Of a stretch of 53,433 nt of DNA, positions 41,902-50,807 are shown one piece after another (the first letter of the stretch is position 1; the number at the start of each line of letters is the position of its first letter). The DNA is taken from assembly GCA_964459265.1 (NCBI GenBank), contig CAYWKA010000003.1:1-53433 (forward strand), given 5' to 3'. Position numbers and translations under genes: made by a program. Under the pieces are notes generated by a model. That model had not been told where the DNA came from. It did no database searches and worked only from the letters and a program-made list of their open reading frames with translations. This stretch comes from an uncultured Candidatus Saccharibacteria bacterium (GTDB lineage Bacteria > Patescibacteriota > Minisyncoccia > Minisyncoccales > Paceibacteraceae).

Positions 41902-42270
41902 ATGGCAAAAAATATTTTAATTATTGAAGATGACAGATTTTTAAGAGAGCTTATCGCTCAGAAACTTTATAAAGAAAATTTTGGAGTTTCCGAGGCAGTT
42001 GACGGAGAAGAAGGAATCAAAAAAATAAAAAGCGAAAAGCCTGATTTAATTTTACTTGATTTAATTTTACCTGGCATAGATGGCTTCGAAGTTTTATCTC
42101 GGATGAAAGATGACCCTACCTTGACTTCAATTCCAGTGATTATTCTTTCCAATCTTGGCCAGAAAGAAGACGTCGAGAAAGGATTAAAACTTGGGGCGGT
42201 GGATTACTTAATTAAAGCCCACTTTACCCCTGGAGAAATTATTGATAAAATCAAAGCCGTTCTTAAATAA
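41902..42270 (+). CDS. Stand-alone response-regulator receiver (CheY-like), second copy
   Basis: MAKNILIIEDD..., LILLDLILPGIDG, VIILSN, AVDYLIKA. ATG 41902 is preferred over the tracked TTG start at 41857. Confidence 0.9.
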   Translation: MAKNILIIEDDRFLRELIAQKLYKENFGVSEAVDGEEGIKKIKSEKPDLILLDLILPGIDGFEVLSRMKDDPTLTSIPVIILSNLGQKEDVEKGLKLGAVDYLIKAHFTPGEIIDKIKAVLK

Positions 42271-42273
42271 TGT

Positions 42274-43008
42274 ATGCCCGAGTTGCCGGAAGTTGAGACA
42301 ATTCGGCGGCAATTAGCTCAGAAAATTATTGGTAAAAGACTAAATGGCCAGAAAATCATTAATGTTCGGAGAAGAGCCAAGATTCTCATAATTGATTTTG
42401 CCGACGGTTCAAACTTAATCTTCCACCTGAAATTAACTGGGCAATTGATTTTTAATGGGAAACCTTCGTTATATACGCGTAAGGTTTTTAATTTTGCAGA
42501 TGGTTCGCAGCTGTTTTTTAATGATGTGCGTAAATTTGGCTGGTGGAAAAAAACAAAAGGAACAAGGAAAATAGAAGAAGGGTTCGGCCCTGAAGCATTA
42601 GAAATTGATTTTAAAACCTTCAAAGTTCTTTTAAAGAAACGGCCGAATTCAAAAATTAAGCCTTTACTTATGGATCAGAAATCCATTGCTGGCATTGGCA
42701 ATATTTATTCAGATGAGATTTTGTTCGCAGCTAAAATTAATCCTTTGCGACAGGTTAAAACATTAGACGATAAGGAAGTTCGACAGATTTTCCAGAATAT
42801 CAAAAAAATTTTAAGAAAAGCCATTCAGTATCGCGGAACTACCGAGCAATATTACCGCGATGCTTGCGGTCAAAAGGGTAATTACCTTCAATTTCTTAAA
42901 GTTTACGGCCGGGAAGGTAAAAAATGTGGTCGTTGCGGGACCATTATAAAAAAAATAAAATTAGCTGGCCGCTCTGCCCATTTCTGCCCTAACTGTCAAC
43001 TGCCTTAA
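42274..43008 (+). CDS. mutM: Formamidopyrimidine-DNA glycosylase (Fpg/MutM)
   Basis: Catalytic N-terminus MPELPEVE, H2TH region, and C-terminal zinc finger CGRCGTIIKKIKLAGRSAHFCPNCQ. Confidence 0.93.
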   Translation: MPELPEVETIRRQLAQKIIGKRLNGQKIINVRRRAKILIIDFADGSNLIFHLKLTGQLIFNGKPSLYTRKVFNFADGSQLFFNDVRKFGWWKKTKGTRKIEEGFGPEALEIDFKTFKVLLKKRPNSKIKPLLMDQKSIAGIGNIYSDEILFAAKINPLRQVKTLDDKEVRQIFQNIKKILRKAIQYRGTTEQYYRDACGQKGNYLQFLKVYGREGKKCGRCGTIIKKIKLAGRSAHFCPNCQLP

Positions 43009-43025
43009 TTATTTAATAAAAATTT

Positions 43026-43700
43026 ATGTTTACCCAATTAGTAATGCTTTCAACGATTATTTTGCTTTCCTTCGTTGGAAATGAAACTCTTAAAACAAGT
43101 CGGCGAATAAATTATTTCCTCGGGAAGGTACTATCGCTGGGTTTATTTCTTGTCGCCTTTGGAATTCTTACTTATATGGTCAGAGATATTCTTACCCAGT
43201 TTGAATTATATAAATTCCAACTTACAATTGGTAAGGCTGGTATATTTTTTCATACTTTAGGGGGCGTTTTGATACTTCAATTTTTAACTCAAGAATTTAC
43301 CCCGGAACGTTTTAAAAAAGTCTTCTTTTTGATATGTTTATTATCCATTATTGTTGTCTTGATTGGTTTAATGAGTTTCCCCTTGGTCAGCGAGGTAACT
43401 CAAGCTCCTTTTGAACCTTTTTCTTACAAGGTAATAAGGCATGCTCCTGCGGGAACACCGAGTAATGTTACAATATTTATCTTTATATTTGGCCCCGCTT
43501 TACTAACCAGTATAGTTTTATATAACACCTTTAAGTTAAAAGAGAAAAAATTAAGAACCAAAGGCCTACTTTACGGAATGGGCTTCCTGTTTTTATTCCT
43601 TCCTTCGCTTATCTGTCTATTCATTTCTCCGATTTATGCCAGATGGGGATATCTAATAGGAGCCATTTTGCTACTCAAGGCATTTAGAATAAAAGTGTAA
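43026..43700 (+). CDS. Hypothetical polytopic membrane protein
   Basis: 224 aa with about 6-7 hydrophobic helices. No family recognised. Confidence 0.55.
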   Translation: MFTQLVMLSTIILLSFVGNETLKTSRRINYFLGKVLSLGLFLVAFGILTYMVRDILTQFELYKFQLTIGKAGIFFHTLGGVLILQFLTQEFTPERFKKVFFLICLLSIIVVLIGLMSFPLVSEVTQAPFEPFSYKVIRHAPAGTPSNVTIFIFIFGPALLTSIVLYNTFKLKEKKLRTKGLLYGMGFLFLFLPSLICLFISPIYARWGYLIGAILLLKAFRIKV

Positions 43701-43754
43701 TTTAAAGTATTCTTAACAAAAGGGGGTAGAAGAAAGAGTTTTTTTATTTCTCTT

Positions 43755-44690
43755 ATGATAATTTTTCTTTACGGTCAAGATACATACAGGTCGCGGCGGA
43801 AATTAAACGAAATAATAGAACAATACAGAAAAATTCATAAAAGCGGCCTGAATTTAAAATACTTTAATGGTGAAAATCTAAATTTTCAAGATTTTCAAGA
43901 TGAGGTTCAATCTGTTTCAATGTTCGCTGAAAAAAAATTGATAATTTTAACTAATACGGCCAAAAATGAGAAATTTAAAGAACGCTTTTTAGCCGAATTA
44001 AAAAAGTTCATTAACTCAGATGACGTAATTCTGTTCTATGAAGAAGGAGAGATTCTTAGAGGAAACTCTTTAACTAAAATTTTTAAAAAAGCAGAAAAAT
44101 CTCAGGAGTTTCAACCTTTGGAGGGTCAAAAACTGAAAAGTTGGGCCAGGAAAGAACTCAATAATTATAGAACAGACATTAATCCAGAAGCCCTGGAAAA
44201 GCTCATTGAGTTTGTCGGAAACGATCTTTGGCAACTCTCAAATGAGATAAAGAAACTGGCTGATTACAAAAAGGGTAAAAAAATTGAACCAGCAGATATA
44301 GAACTTCTGGTTAGGTCAAACGAAGGGAACGATATTTTCAAGACCATTAACTCCCTCGCCTTAAAGGATAAAAAGCAGGCCTTAGAATTAATCCACAAGC
44401 ACTTAGAAAAAGGAGATAATCCCTTATATCTTTTGGCAATGATTGCTTTCCAATTTCGGAACTTACTAATCATAAAAAATCTTAGCCAAAAATATCAATC
44501 TCCTTACGCTATTTCTAAAATAACCCATTTCCACCCTTTTTTGGTAAAAAAGTGCTATGTCTTAGCTCAGAAATTTACCATTCCGGAATTAAAAAAAATC
44601 TACCAAAAAATATTTGAAGTAGATCTGTCTATAAAAAGTGGCAAATTAGAGCCAGAAACCGCTTTGGATTTACTTATTGCTGAGGTTTAA
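43755..44690 (+). CDS. holA: DNA polymerase III delta subunit
   Basis: MIIFLYGQDTYRSRRKL start, length and helical C-terminal half are typical of short HolA proteins. The call rests on weak, pattern-level similarity. Confidence 0.6.
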   Translation: MIIFLYGQDTYRSRRKLNEIIEQYRKIHKSGLNLKYFNGENLNFQDFQDEVQSVSMFAEKKLIILTNTAKNEKFKERFLAELKKFINSDDVILFYEEGEILRGNSLTKIFKKAEKSQEFQPLEGQKLKSWARKELNNYRTDINPEALEKLIEFVGNDLWQLSNEIKKLADYKKGKKIEPADIELLVRSNEGNDIFKTINSLALKDKKQALELIHKHLEKGDNPLYLLAMIAFQFRNLLIIKNLSQKYQSPYAISKITHFHPFLVKKCYVLAQKFTIPELKKIYQKIFEVDLSIKSGKLEPETALDLLIAEV

Positions 44691-44940
44691 AAACCATTCT
44701 GGTCATCCTTGATTTTTTTCTGTCTGCCGCATTCTTCTTAATTAAGCCGGTCTTAGCTGCTTTATCTAAAATCTTGTAAACCTGAGGTAAAAGCTTTTTT
44801 GCTTCAGTAATTTTTTTTTCTAAAACCAAACTATTAACTTCTTTTAAGAGGCTTTTTAGTTTTCTCCTTTTGGCAAAATTTCGGGTTCTTCGTTTTTGAT
44901 TTTGACGAAGGGCTTTTTTAGCTGATTTAGTGATTGGCAT
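44674..44940 (-). CDS. rpsT: 30S ribosomal protein S20
   Basis: MPITKSAKKALRQNQKRRTRNFAKRRKLKSLLKE... is a typical S20. ATG 44940 is preferred over the tracked 44958. Confidence 0.9.
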   Translation of the reverse strand: MPITKSAKKALRQNQKRRTRNFAKRRKLKSLLKEVNSLVLEKKITEAKKLLPQVYKILDKAAKTGLIKKNAADRKKSRMTRMVFKPQQ

Positions 44941-46924
44941 ATATTCTTTTTTTACCACTTTTGATTTCTTTTATCAAGTCGCGGATTTCTGCTGCTCTTT
45001 CAAAATCTAAGTTTTTAGCAGCCGTTTTCATTTCCTTTTCCAAGAGATTTATATCACCAATCGTCCCAAATTCAGAAGCCACCTGTTTTTCTTTAGAAAC
45101 AAATGGCCAGGCTCTGATTTCCTTTATAATTGGTTGAGGAGTTATTTTATGTTTTTTATTAAAAATCTCTTGAATTTTTCTTCTTCTGGAAACCTCTTGA
45201 ATAGCCGTCTTCATAGATTGAGTTATTTTATCTGCATAGAGAATAACGTACCCTTCTTGATGACGGGCGGCCCGGCCCATAGTTTGAATTAAAGTAACTT
45301 CATTTCTCAAAAAACCCTCTTTGTCAGCATCTAAAATTGCCACCAGGGCTACTTCCGGCAAATCTAACCCCTCTCTTAAAAGATTAATTCCAACTAAAAC
45401 ATCAAATTTCCCTTCCCTGAAATTTTTAAGAATTTGAGGTCTCTCTAAAGTTTTAACTTCGGCATGAAGCCATTGGGTTTTAATACTTTTCTCAGCTAAA
45501 TAATCGGAAAGAGCTTCAGCCAACCTTTTAGTTAAAGTCAGTACCAAAACCCTTTGTTTTTTAGCAGTTCTTTTATTGATTTCCTCAATGAGATTTTGAA
45601 TTTGATTTTTAGTTGACCTTACCTCAATTGAGGGTTCTAAAAGACCGGTTGGTCTAATTAACTGTTCAACAATATATTTAGGTTTGCCCTGAGTTTGTTG
45701 AAGGGCTTTTTTCTTTTCGTATTCTTCGGGCGTAGCGGAAACATAAATTATTTGAGAAGCCTTTTGATTAAATTCCTCAAAAGTTAAAGGTCGATTATCA
45801 ACAGCCGAGGGCAACCTGAATCCATACTCAATTAAAGTTCTTTTTCTGGCCCTATCTTGCACTGCCATTGCTCTTAGTTGGGGTATAGTCATATGAGATT
45901 CGTCAATAAAGACCAGTAAATCTTTTTGGAAATAATCAATTAAAGTATAAGGAGCTTGGCCTGGCTTTCTAAACTCTAAATGCCGTGAGTAATTTTCAAC
46001 CCCGTGACAATAACCGGTCTCCTTTAACATTTCCAGATCATAGTTAGTTCTTTGCTCTAATCTTTGGACTTCTAACAATTTCCTTCCCCTCTTTAGTTTT
46101 TTTAATTGCTCTTGAAGTTCCAGCTTAATGTTTTCAATGGCTATGCCTAATTTATCTGAAGGAGTAACCCAAAAGTGAGCCGGATATATTCTATACGCCA
46201 TAACACGACGATCGTCGTGGTGGGGCGTTTTTGTTCGTGATAGAAAAGAAGGAGATAAAACCGAAATTTTATCAATTTCATCACCAAAAAACTCTACTCT
46301 AACAATTTCTTCGCCGGTGACTAAATAAATATCAATGACGTTTCCGCGAGCTCTAAAGGCGCCGGGCTTAAAATCAATATCGTTTCTCTGATATTGTAAA
46401 TTAGTCAGATGAGAAATAAAATCTTTTCTTTTTATCTTTTGGCCAGATTTAATTCCCAAAGCAACCTTTTGATAGTCTTCCGGAGAACCAATGTTGTAAA
46501 TGCAAGAGACCGAAGCCACCACAATTACGTCATTTCTAGATAAAACATCTTGAGTGGCCGCATGTCTTAATCTGTCAATTTCCTCGTTAATTTTGGCATC
46601 TTTTTCAATGTAGGTATCGGTTTGGGGGATATAGGCCTCGGGTTGATAATAGTCGTAATAAGAAACGAAATAATGAGCCGCATTTTTAGGAAAGAACTCT
46701 TTAAATTCTTGATAAGTTTGAGCCGCCAAGGTTTTATTGTGAGAGATAATTAAAACTGGCCTTTGTAATTTCTCAATTACATTAGCCATGGTAAAGGTTT
46801 TGCCCGAACCCGTAACTCCTAAAAGCACTTGGTGTTGTGCCCCAGCTTTTAAATTTTTAACTAATTTTTCAATCGCCTGAGGCTGATCGCCAGTGGGCTT
46901 AAACTGTGAAACAAGCCTAAACAT
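44927..46924 (-). CDS. uvrB: Excinuclease ABC subunit B
   Basis: Walker A GVTGSGKTFT, helicase motifs, beta-hairpin region, and the C-terminal UVR domain (MKTAAKNLDFERAAEIRD). Confidence 0.97.
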   Translation of the reverse strand: MFRLVSQFKPTGDQPQAIEKLVKNLKAGAQHQVLLGVTGSGKTFTMANVIEKLQRPVLIISHNKTLAAQTYQEFKEFFPKNAAHYFVSYYDYYQPEAYIPQTDTYIEKDAKINEEIDRLRHAATQDVLSRNDVIVVASVSCIYNIGSPEDYQKVALGIKSGQKIKRKDFISHLTNLQYQRNDIDFKPGAFRARGNVIDIYLVTGEEIVRVEFFGDEIDKISVLSPSFLSRTKTPHHDDRRVMAYRIYPAHFWVTPSDKLGIAIENIKLELQEQLKKLKRGRKLLEVQRLEQRTNYDLEMLKETGYCHGVENYSRHLEFRKPGQAPYTLIDYFQKDLLVFIDESHMTIPQLRAMAVQDRARKRTLIEYGFRLPSAVDNRPLTFEEFNQKASQIIYVSATPEEYEKKKALQQTQGKPKYIVEQLIRPTGLLEPSIEVRSTKNQIQNLIEEINKRTAKKQRVLVLTLTKRLAEALSDYLAEKSIKTQWLHAEVKTLERPQILKNFREGKFDVLVGINLLREGLDLPEVALVAILDADKEGFLRNEVTLIQTMGRAARHQEGYVILYADKITQSMKTAIQEVSRRRKIQEIFNKKHKITPQPIIKEIRAWPFVSKEKQVASEFGTIGDINLLEKEMKTAAKNLDFERAAEIRDLIKEIKSGKKRIYANH

Positions 46925-46965
46925 AACAGATTAATTTTGGCTCAAATTTTCTCTTTTTTCAAGTT

Positions 46966-46981
46966 TAAGTTAGAATAAAAT
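46966..46981 (+). promoter_or_regulatory. Promoter-like 16-mer TAAGTTAGAATAAAAT (-10 TAGAAT, 7 nt before the ATG)
   Basis: TAGAAT at 46971-46976 and ATG at 46984. The identical 16-mer is found at 49112-49127 ahead of rtcB. Confidence 0.4.
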
Positions 46982-46983
46982 TA

Positions 46984-48201
46984 ATGAAGGATTTGATTAA
47001 AAAATTTATCCCCCCTTTTTTGCTTAGTTGGTATCATTTTGGATTGGCTCTTTTGGGTGCAGTTTTATACAGGTTTCCTTCAAAAAAGCTGAAGGTAGTT
47101 GGGGTTACCGGCACCAACGGTAAAACCACTGTGATTAATTTAACAACTAAGATTTTAGAAACAGCGGGGTATAAGGTAGCATCTTTATCTTCCATTAAAT
47201 TTAAAATTGGCGACAAAGAAAGTCCCAATACCTTGAAGATGACCATGCCTGGTCGCTTCAAAATTCAGAAATTTTTAAGACAAGCAGTAAATAATAAATG
47301 CCAATATGCAGTTTTGGAAGTAACCTCCGAGGGGATCAAACAGCATCGCCATCAATTTATTGATTTTGATGTGGCGGTTTTTACTAATTTAAGTCCCGAA
47401 CATATTGAAGCTCATGGAAGCTTCGAAAATTATAGAGCCGCCAAAGGAAAACTTTTCCAAGCCACTAAAGGCACTCACGTCATCAACGTTGACGACAAAA
47501 ACGCTCAATATTTTTTACAATTTCCGGCCAATAAAAAATACACTTATGGTTTAACTCAAGGAGACATTAATACTAAAAACACTCAATTTAAATTAAAGTT
47601 GATTGGTGATTTTAATCTTTATAATGCTCTGGCAGCAATTTGTGTTGGTCTGTCTCAAAGAATTAATTTGGAAACTTGCCAAAAGGCGGTAGAAAAAGCT
47701 GAAGGAATTCCCGGCAGAATGGAAATGGTAATTAAAGAACCATTCAAAGTATTAGTCGATTACGCGGTTACTCCCGATGCTTTAGAGAAGCTTTACCAGG
47801 CAATCAAGAAAATATTTTCTCCGCAAAGAATAATAGCTGTTTTTGGTTCTTGCGGTGGAGGAAGGGATAAATGGAGAAGACCGGTTCTTGGTAAGGTTGC
47901 CGCTCAATATTGCGACAAAGTGATTATTACTAATGAAGATCCGTATGACGAGGACCCCTACCAGATTTTATCAATGATAAAATCTGGAATTTCCAAATCC
48001 CAATTCCCAACCTCCAATTTTTATGAGATTTTAGATAGAAGAGAGGCGATTAGAAAATCTTTAGAATTAGCGAAACCAGGAGATATCGTAGTGATCACCG
48101 GCAAGGGTTGTGAACCTTGGATTTGCGTGAAGGGAGGTAAAAAAATACCTTGGGACGACAGAAAAGTTGCTCGTGAGGAATTTGAAAAACTAAGTTTATG
48201 A
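46984..48201 (+). CDS. murE: Mur ligase family protein, MurE-like, lacking the canonical N-terminal domain
   Basis: GVTGTNGKTT P-loop, EVTSEG, FTNLSPEHIEAHGSFENY, VDYAVTPDAL, GSCGGGRDKWRRP. ITNEDPYDEDP stands in place of the DNPR motif. A hydrophobic N-terminal 30 aa replaces domain 1. Confidence 0.75.
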   Translation: MKDLIKKFIPPFLLSWYHFGLALLGAVLYRFPSKKLKVVGVTGTNGKTTVINLTTKILETAGYKVASLSSIKFKIGDKESPNTLKMTMPGRFKIQKFLRQAVNNKCQYAVLEVTSEGIKQHRHQFIDFDVAVFTNLSPEHIEAHGSFENYRAAKGKLFQATKGTHVINVDDKNAQYFLQFPANKKYTYGLTQGDINTKNTQFKLKLIGDFNLYNALAAICVGLSQRINLETCQKAVEKAEGIPGRMEMVIKEPFKVLVDYAVTPDALEKLYQAIKKIFSPQRIIAVFGSCGGGRDKWRRPVLGKVAAQYCDKVIITNEDPYDEDPYQILSMIKSGISKSQFPTSNFYEILDRREAIRKSLELAKPGDIVVITGKGCEPWICVKGGKKIPWDDRKVAREEFEKLSL

Positions 48202-48605
48202 AAAAATTTGAAATCCTATCCCATAGGGCCGATCTTAAAATTAGGGCTTTTGGTGAAGATAAAAAAGAGCTTTTTTTAAATATGCTTTTAGCGATGACTA
48301 AAAGCCAAAAACCCGAAATCAAAATTACTAAAAAAGTTAAAAGAAAAATTAAAATAAACTCCCCTGATTTATTGACTCTTTTAGTTGATTTTTTGAGTGA
48401 AGCACTTTATCTGGGCCAAGTTAATAAAGAAGTTTATAATAATGTAAATTTTAAAAAATTTACTGATAGAAAAATCGAAGGAGAACTTACCGGTCAAAAA
48501 GTAGAAAGATTTGGTGAAGACATCAAGGCAGTCACTTATCATAATTTAGAAGTGCGGCAAAAAAAAGATAAAAATTGGGAAGCCATAGTTTTATTTGACG
48601 TTTGA
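48198..48605 (+). CDS. Archease (RtcB cofactor)
   Basis: FEILSHRADLKIRAFG start and C-terminal IKAVTYHNLEV motif. ATGA overlap with the murE-like gene. Confidence 0.85.
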   Translation: MKKFEILSHRADLKIRAFGEDKKELFLNMLLAMTKSQKPEIKITKKVKRKIKINSPDLLTLLVDFLSEALYLGQVNKEVYNNVNFKKFTDRKIEGELTGQKVERFGEDIKAVTYHNLEVRQKKDKNWEAIVLFDV

Positions 48606-48630
48606 CAATTATTAAAATTTGATATACAAT
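48602..48630 (+). promoter_or_regulatory. Sigma70-type promoter TTGACA-N17-TACAAT
   Basis: TTGACA overlaps the archease stop codon. TACAAT is at 48625-48630. A ~60-nt leader ends in AAGGAGG before ATG 48700. Confidence 0.45.
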
Positions 48631-48699
48631 AAAATTTGAGTAATAATGAATTACAGGTACTTTCTCATTTCGTAATTATCAACTCCAAAGGAGGGGAGA

Positions 48700-49086
48700 A
48701 TGCAAATAAGACCGATTGAGGAAAAAGAAGAAGAATGTTTTCCAGCGTTGTTTTCACTCGATAAGTGGATTCAAAGATTAAGAGGAGGAGGTTTAGACAT
48801 TGAAGTTGCTGAAAAAGATAAGGAATTAATAGAATACCGATTGATGGACGAGGACTTGAGGAAGACTGTCTCCAGAATGATAAAAGAATGTGCGGAAAGG
48901 TTTGAGTTTAAAAAATTCTTACTCATTCTCAACAAAAAAGAAAAAAGGATTTGTTACTTCGATGCCAATAAGGATGTGGATAGAATCGTGATTAACTTTT
49001 CCTATTTTTCCGGGAACGAAAAATCCCAAGAAAGCCTTCATCTGGCAGGAAAAATGGCCAGAGCTTTTTCAGGGACTGCGGTTTAG
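48700..49086 (+). CDS. Hypothetical protein between archease and rtcB
   Basis: 128 aa with a strong SD (AAAGGAGGGGAGA-ATG), its own promoter-like element and its own terminator. No family recognised. Confidence 0.6.
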   Translation: MQIRPIEEKEEECFPALFSLDKWIQRLRGGGLDIEVAEKDKELIEYRLMDEDLRKTVSRMIKECAERFEFKKFLLILNKKEKRICYFDANKDVDRIVINFSYFSGNEKSQESLHLAGKMARAFSGTAV

Positions 49087-49106
49087 TGCAGTCCTTTTAT
49101 TTTTTA
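49073..49106 (+). terminator. Rho-independent terminator
   Basis: GGACTGC-GGTTTAGT-GCAGTCC followed by TTTTATTTTTT. The stop codon lies in the loop. Confidence 0.7.
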
Positions 49107-49111
49107 AAATC

Positions 49112-49127
49112 TAAGTTAGAATAAAAT
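49112..49127 (+). promoter_or_regulatory. Promoter-like 16-mer TAAGTTAGAATAAAAT ahead of rtcB
   Basis: Identical to 46966-46981. TAGAAT at 49117-49122 and ATG at 49132. Confidence 0.4.
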
Positions 49128-49131
49128 ATAT

Positions 49132-50577
49132 ATGATTTCGAAAAAAGATTTTAGAAAAATAAATGACTACTTGTGGGAAATTCCCAAATCTTTTAGAGAT
49201 GACATGCTGGTTCCGGCCCGGGCTTATATTTCAGTAGAAATGCTGGAAGATGCTTTACGGGATAAATCTCTTTACCAATTAGTTAATGTGGCTACTCTGC
49301 CGGGAATAATAAATTATAGTTTAGCTATGCCAGACATGCATGAAGGTTACGGTTTTCCAATTGGTGGAGTGGCTGCCATGGATATTAAGACAGGCGTAAT
49401 TTCACCTGGCGGGGTCGGCTACGACATTAATTGCGGAATGAGGTTGTTAAAATCGGAATATTCTGAAAAAGAAATTAAACCACATTTAGAAAAATTAGCT
49501 ACCGAAATCCAAAAAGAAGTCCCTTCTGGTTTAGGCCGGGGAAGACAGTTAAAATTAGACATCTCGTCTATTAATAAAGTTTTAGAAGGCGGAGCCCAAA
49601 GATTAGTGGAACAAGGATATGGAGAGAAGGAAGATTTAGAGAACTGCGAATCGAATGGTAAACTTTCTCAAGCCGATACTTCTATGGTTTCTGACCATGC
49701 TAAAAATCGGGGGAGAGATCAAGTAGGGACTTTAGGCTCCGGTAATCATTTTTTGGAAATTCAAAAAGTAGACGAAGTATTTAACGAGAAAACAGCTGAA
49801 ACTTTCGGTTTGTTTAAAGATCAGGTCGTTATCATGATTCACACTGGCTCACGAGGCTTAGGTCATCAAATTGCTACCGATTACATAAGAATAATGATGA
49901 GAGCTATGGATAAATACGGAATAAGATTGCCTGACCGGGAATTAGCTGCTTGCCCGATTAATTCTTCCGAAGGTCAAAGATATTTTTCGGCTATGGCCTG
50001 CGGGGCAAATTACGCTTGGGCGAACCGTCAAATGATAGCACGTTTTACCAGAAAAGCCTGGCAGTCAGTTTTAGGAGAAAAAACTTCTCCCTTAACTCTT
50101 CTTTATGATGTTGCTCATAATATCGCAAAAATTGAAAAACATGTCGTTGATGGGAAGGAAATTGAAGTATGTGTTCATCGAAAGGGCGCTACTCGAGCTT
50201 TTCCTTCAGAGCATAGCGAAATTCCAGGAAAATATCGTTTAGTCGGCCAGCCGGTTTTAATCCCCGGTTCAATGGGCACTGCCTCCTATGTTTTAGTTGG
50301 AACAAAAGAAGGTAAAGAAGCTTGGTTTAGTACTTGTCACGGTGCCGGCAGAGCAATGTCCCGCCATGAGGCAATGAGGCGAGCCTCTGGACAAGAAGTG
50401 GTAAATAGATTAGAATCAAAAGGAATTGTCATAAAATGCTGGTCTCTTAGAGGTATTGCTGAAGAAGCACCGATGGCTTATAAAAATATTGATGATGTCG
50501 TAGAAGTCGTTCATAACTCTGGTTTATCAAAGAAAGTAGTTAGATTGAAACCTTTGGCAGTAATTAAAGGTGAGTAA
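49132..50577 (+). CDS. rtcB: RNA 3'-phosphate ligase RtcB
   Basis: GYDINCG, GSGNHFLEIQ, HTGSRGLGHQ, HRKGAT, GSMGT, CHGAGR: the full RtcB metal and GMP-histidine motif set. Confidence 0.97.
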   Translation: MISKKDFRKINDYLWEIPKSFRDDMLVPARAYISVEMLEDALRDKSLYQLVNVATLPGIINYSLAMPDMHEGYGFPIGGVAAMDIKTGVISPGGVGYDINCGMRLLKSEYSEKEIKPHLEKLATEIQKEVPSGLGRGRQLKLDISSINKVLEGGAQRLVEQGYGEKEDLENCESNGKLSQADTSMVSDHAKNRGRDQVGTLGSGNHFLEIQKVDEVFNEKTAETFGLFKDQVVIMIHTGSRGLGHQIATDYIRIMMRAMDKYGIRLPDRELAACPINSSEGQRYFSAMACGANYAWANRQMIARFTRKAWQSVLGEKTSPLTLLYDVAHNIAKIEKHVVDGKEIEVCVHRKGATRAFPSEHSEIPGKYRLVGQPVLIPGSMGTASYVLVGTKEGKEAWFSTCHGAGRAMSRHEAMRRASGQEVVNRLESKGIVIKCWSLRGIAEEAPMAYKNIDDVVEVVHNSGLSKKVVRLKPLAVIKGE

Positions 50578-50633
50578 GATGAAAAAACTGCTAAATCAAT
50601 ATATAATTAATTTTTCAAATCGCTTTTTTATTG

Positions 50634-50807
50634 ATGGAAAAAGAGAAAATGCCACAATCTTTACGAAAATATGTCCGTCGAGAAAAAGCTCGGATTCGCC
50701 GGGAGGTTTTAGATGTTAAAAAACAAGAAGAATTAATTGCAGAATTATATAAAAAATTAACAAAAAAAGATGAAGATAAACGAAATTTACAACCTAGCAA
50801 TAAATAA
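50634..50807 (+). CDS. Possible 57-aa basic protein, below the ORF-track length cut-off
   Basis: ATG 50634 to TAA 50805-50807 encodes MEKEKMPQSLRKYVRREKARIRREVLDVKKQEELIAELYKKLTKKDEDKRNLQPSNK. It fills an otherwise empty 190-nt gap and overlaps the next gene by 38 nt. Confidence 0.35.
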   Translation: MEKEKMPQSLRKYVRREKARIRREVLDVKKQEELIAELYKKLTKKDEDKRNLQPSNK

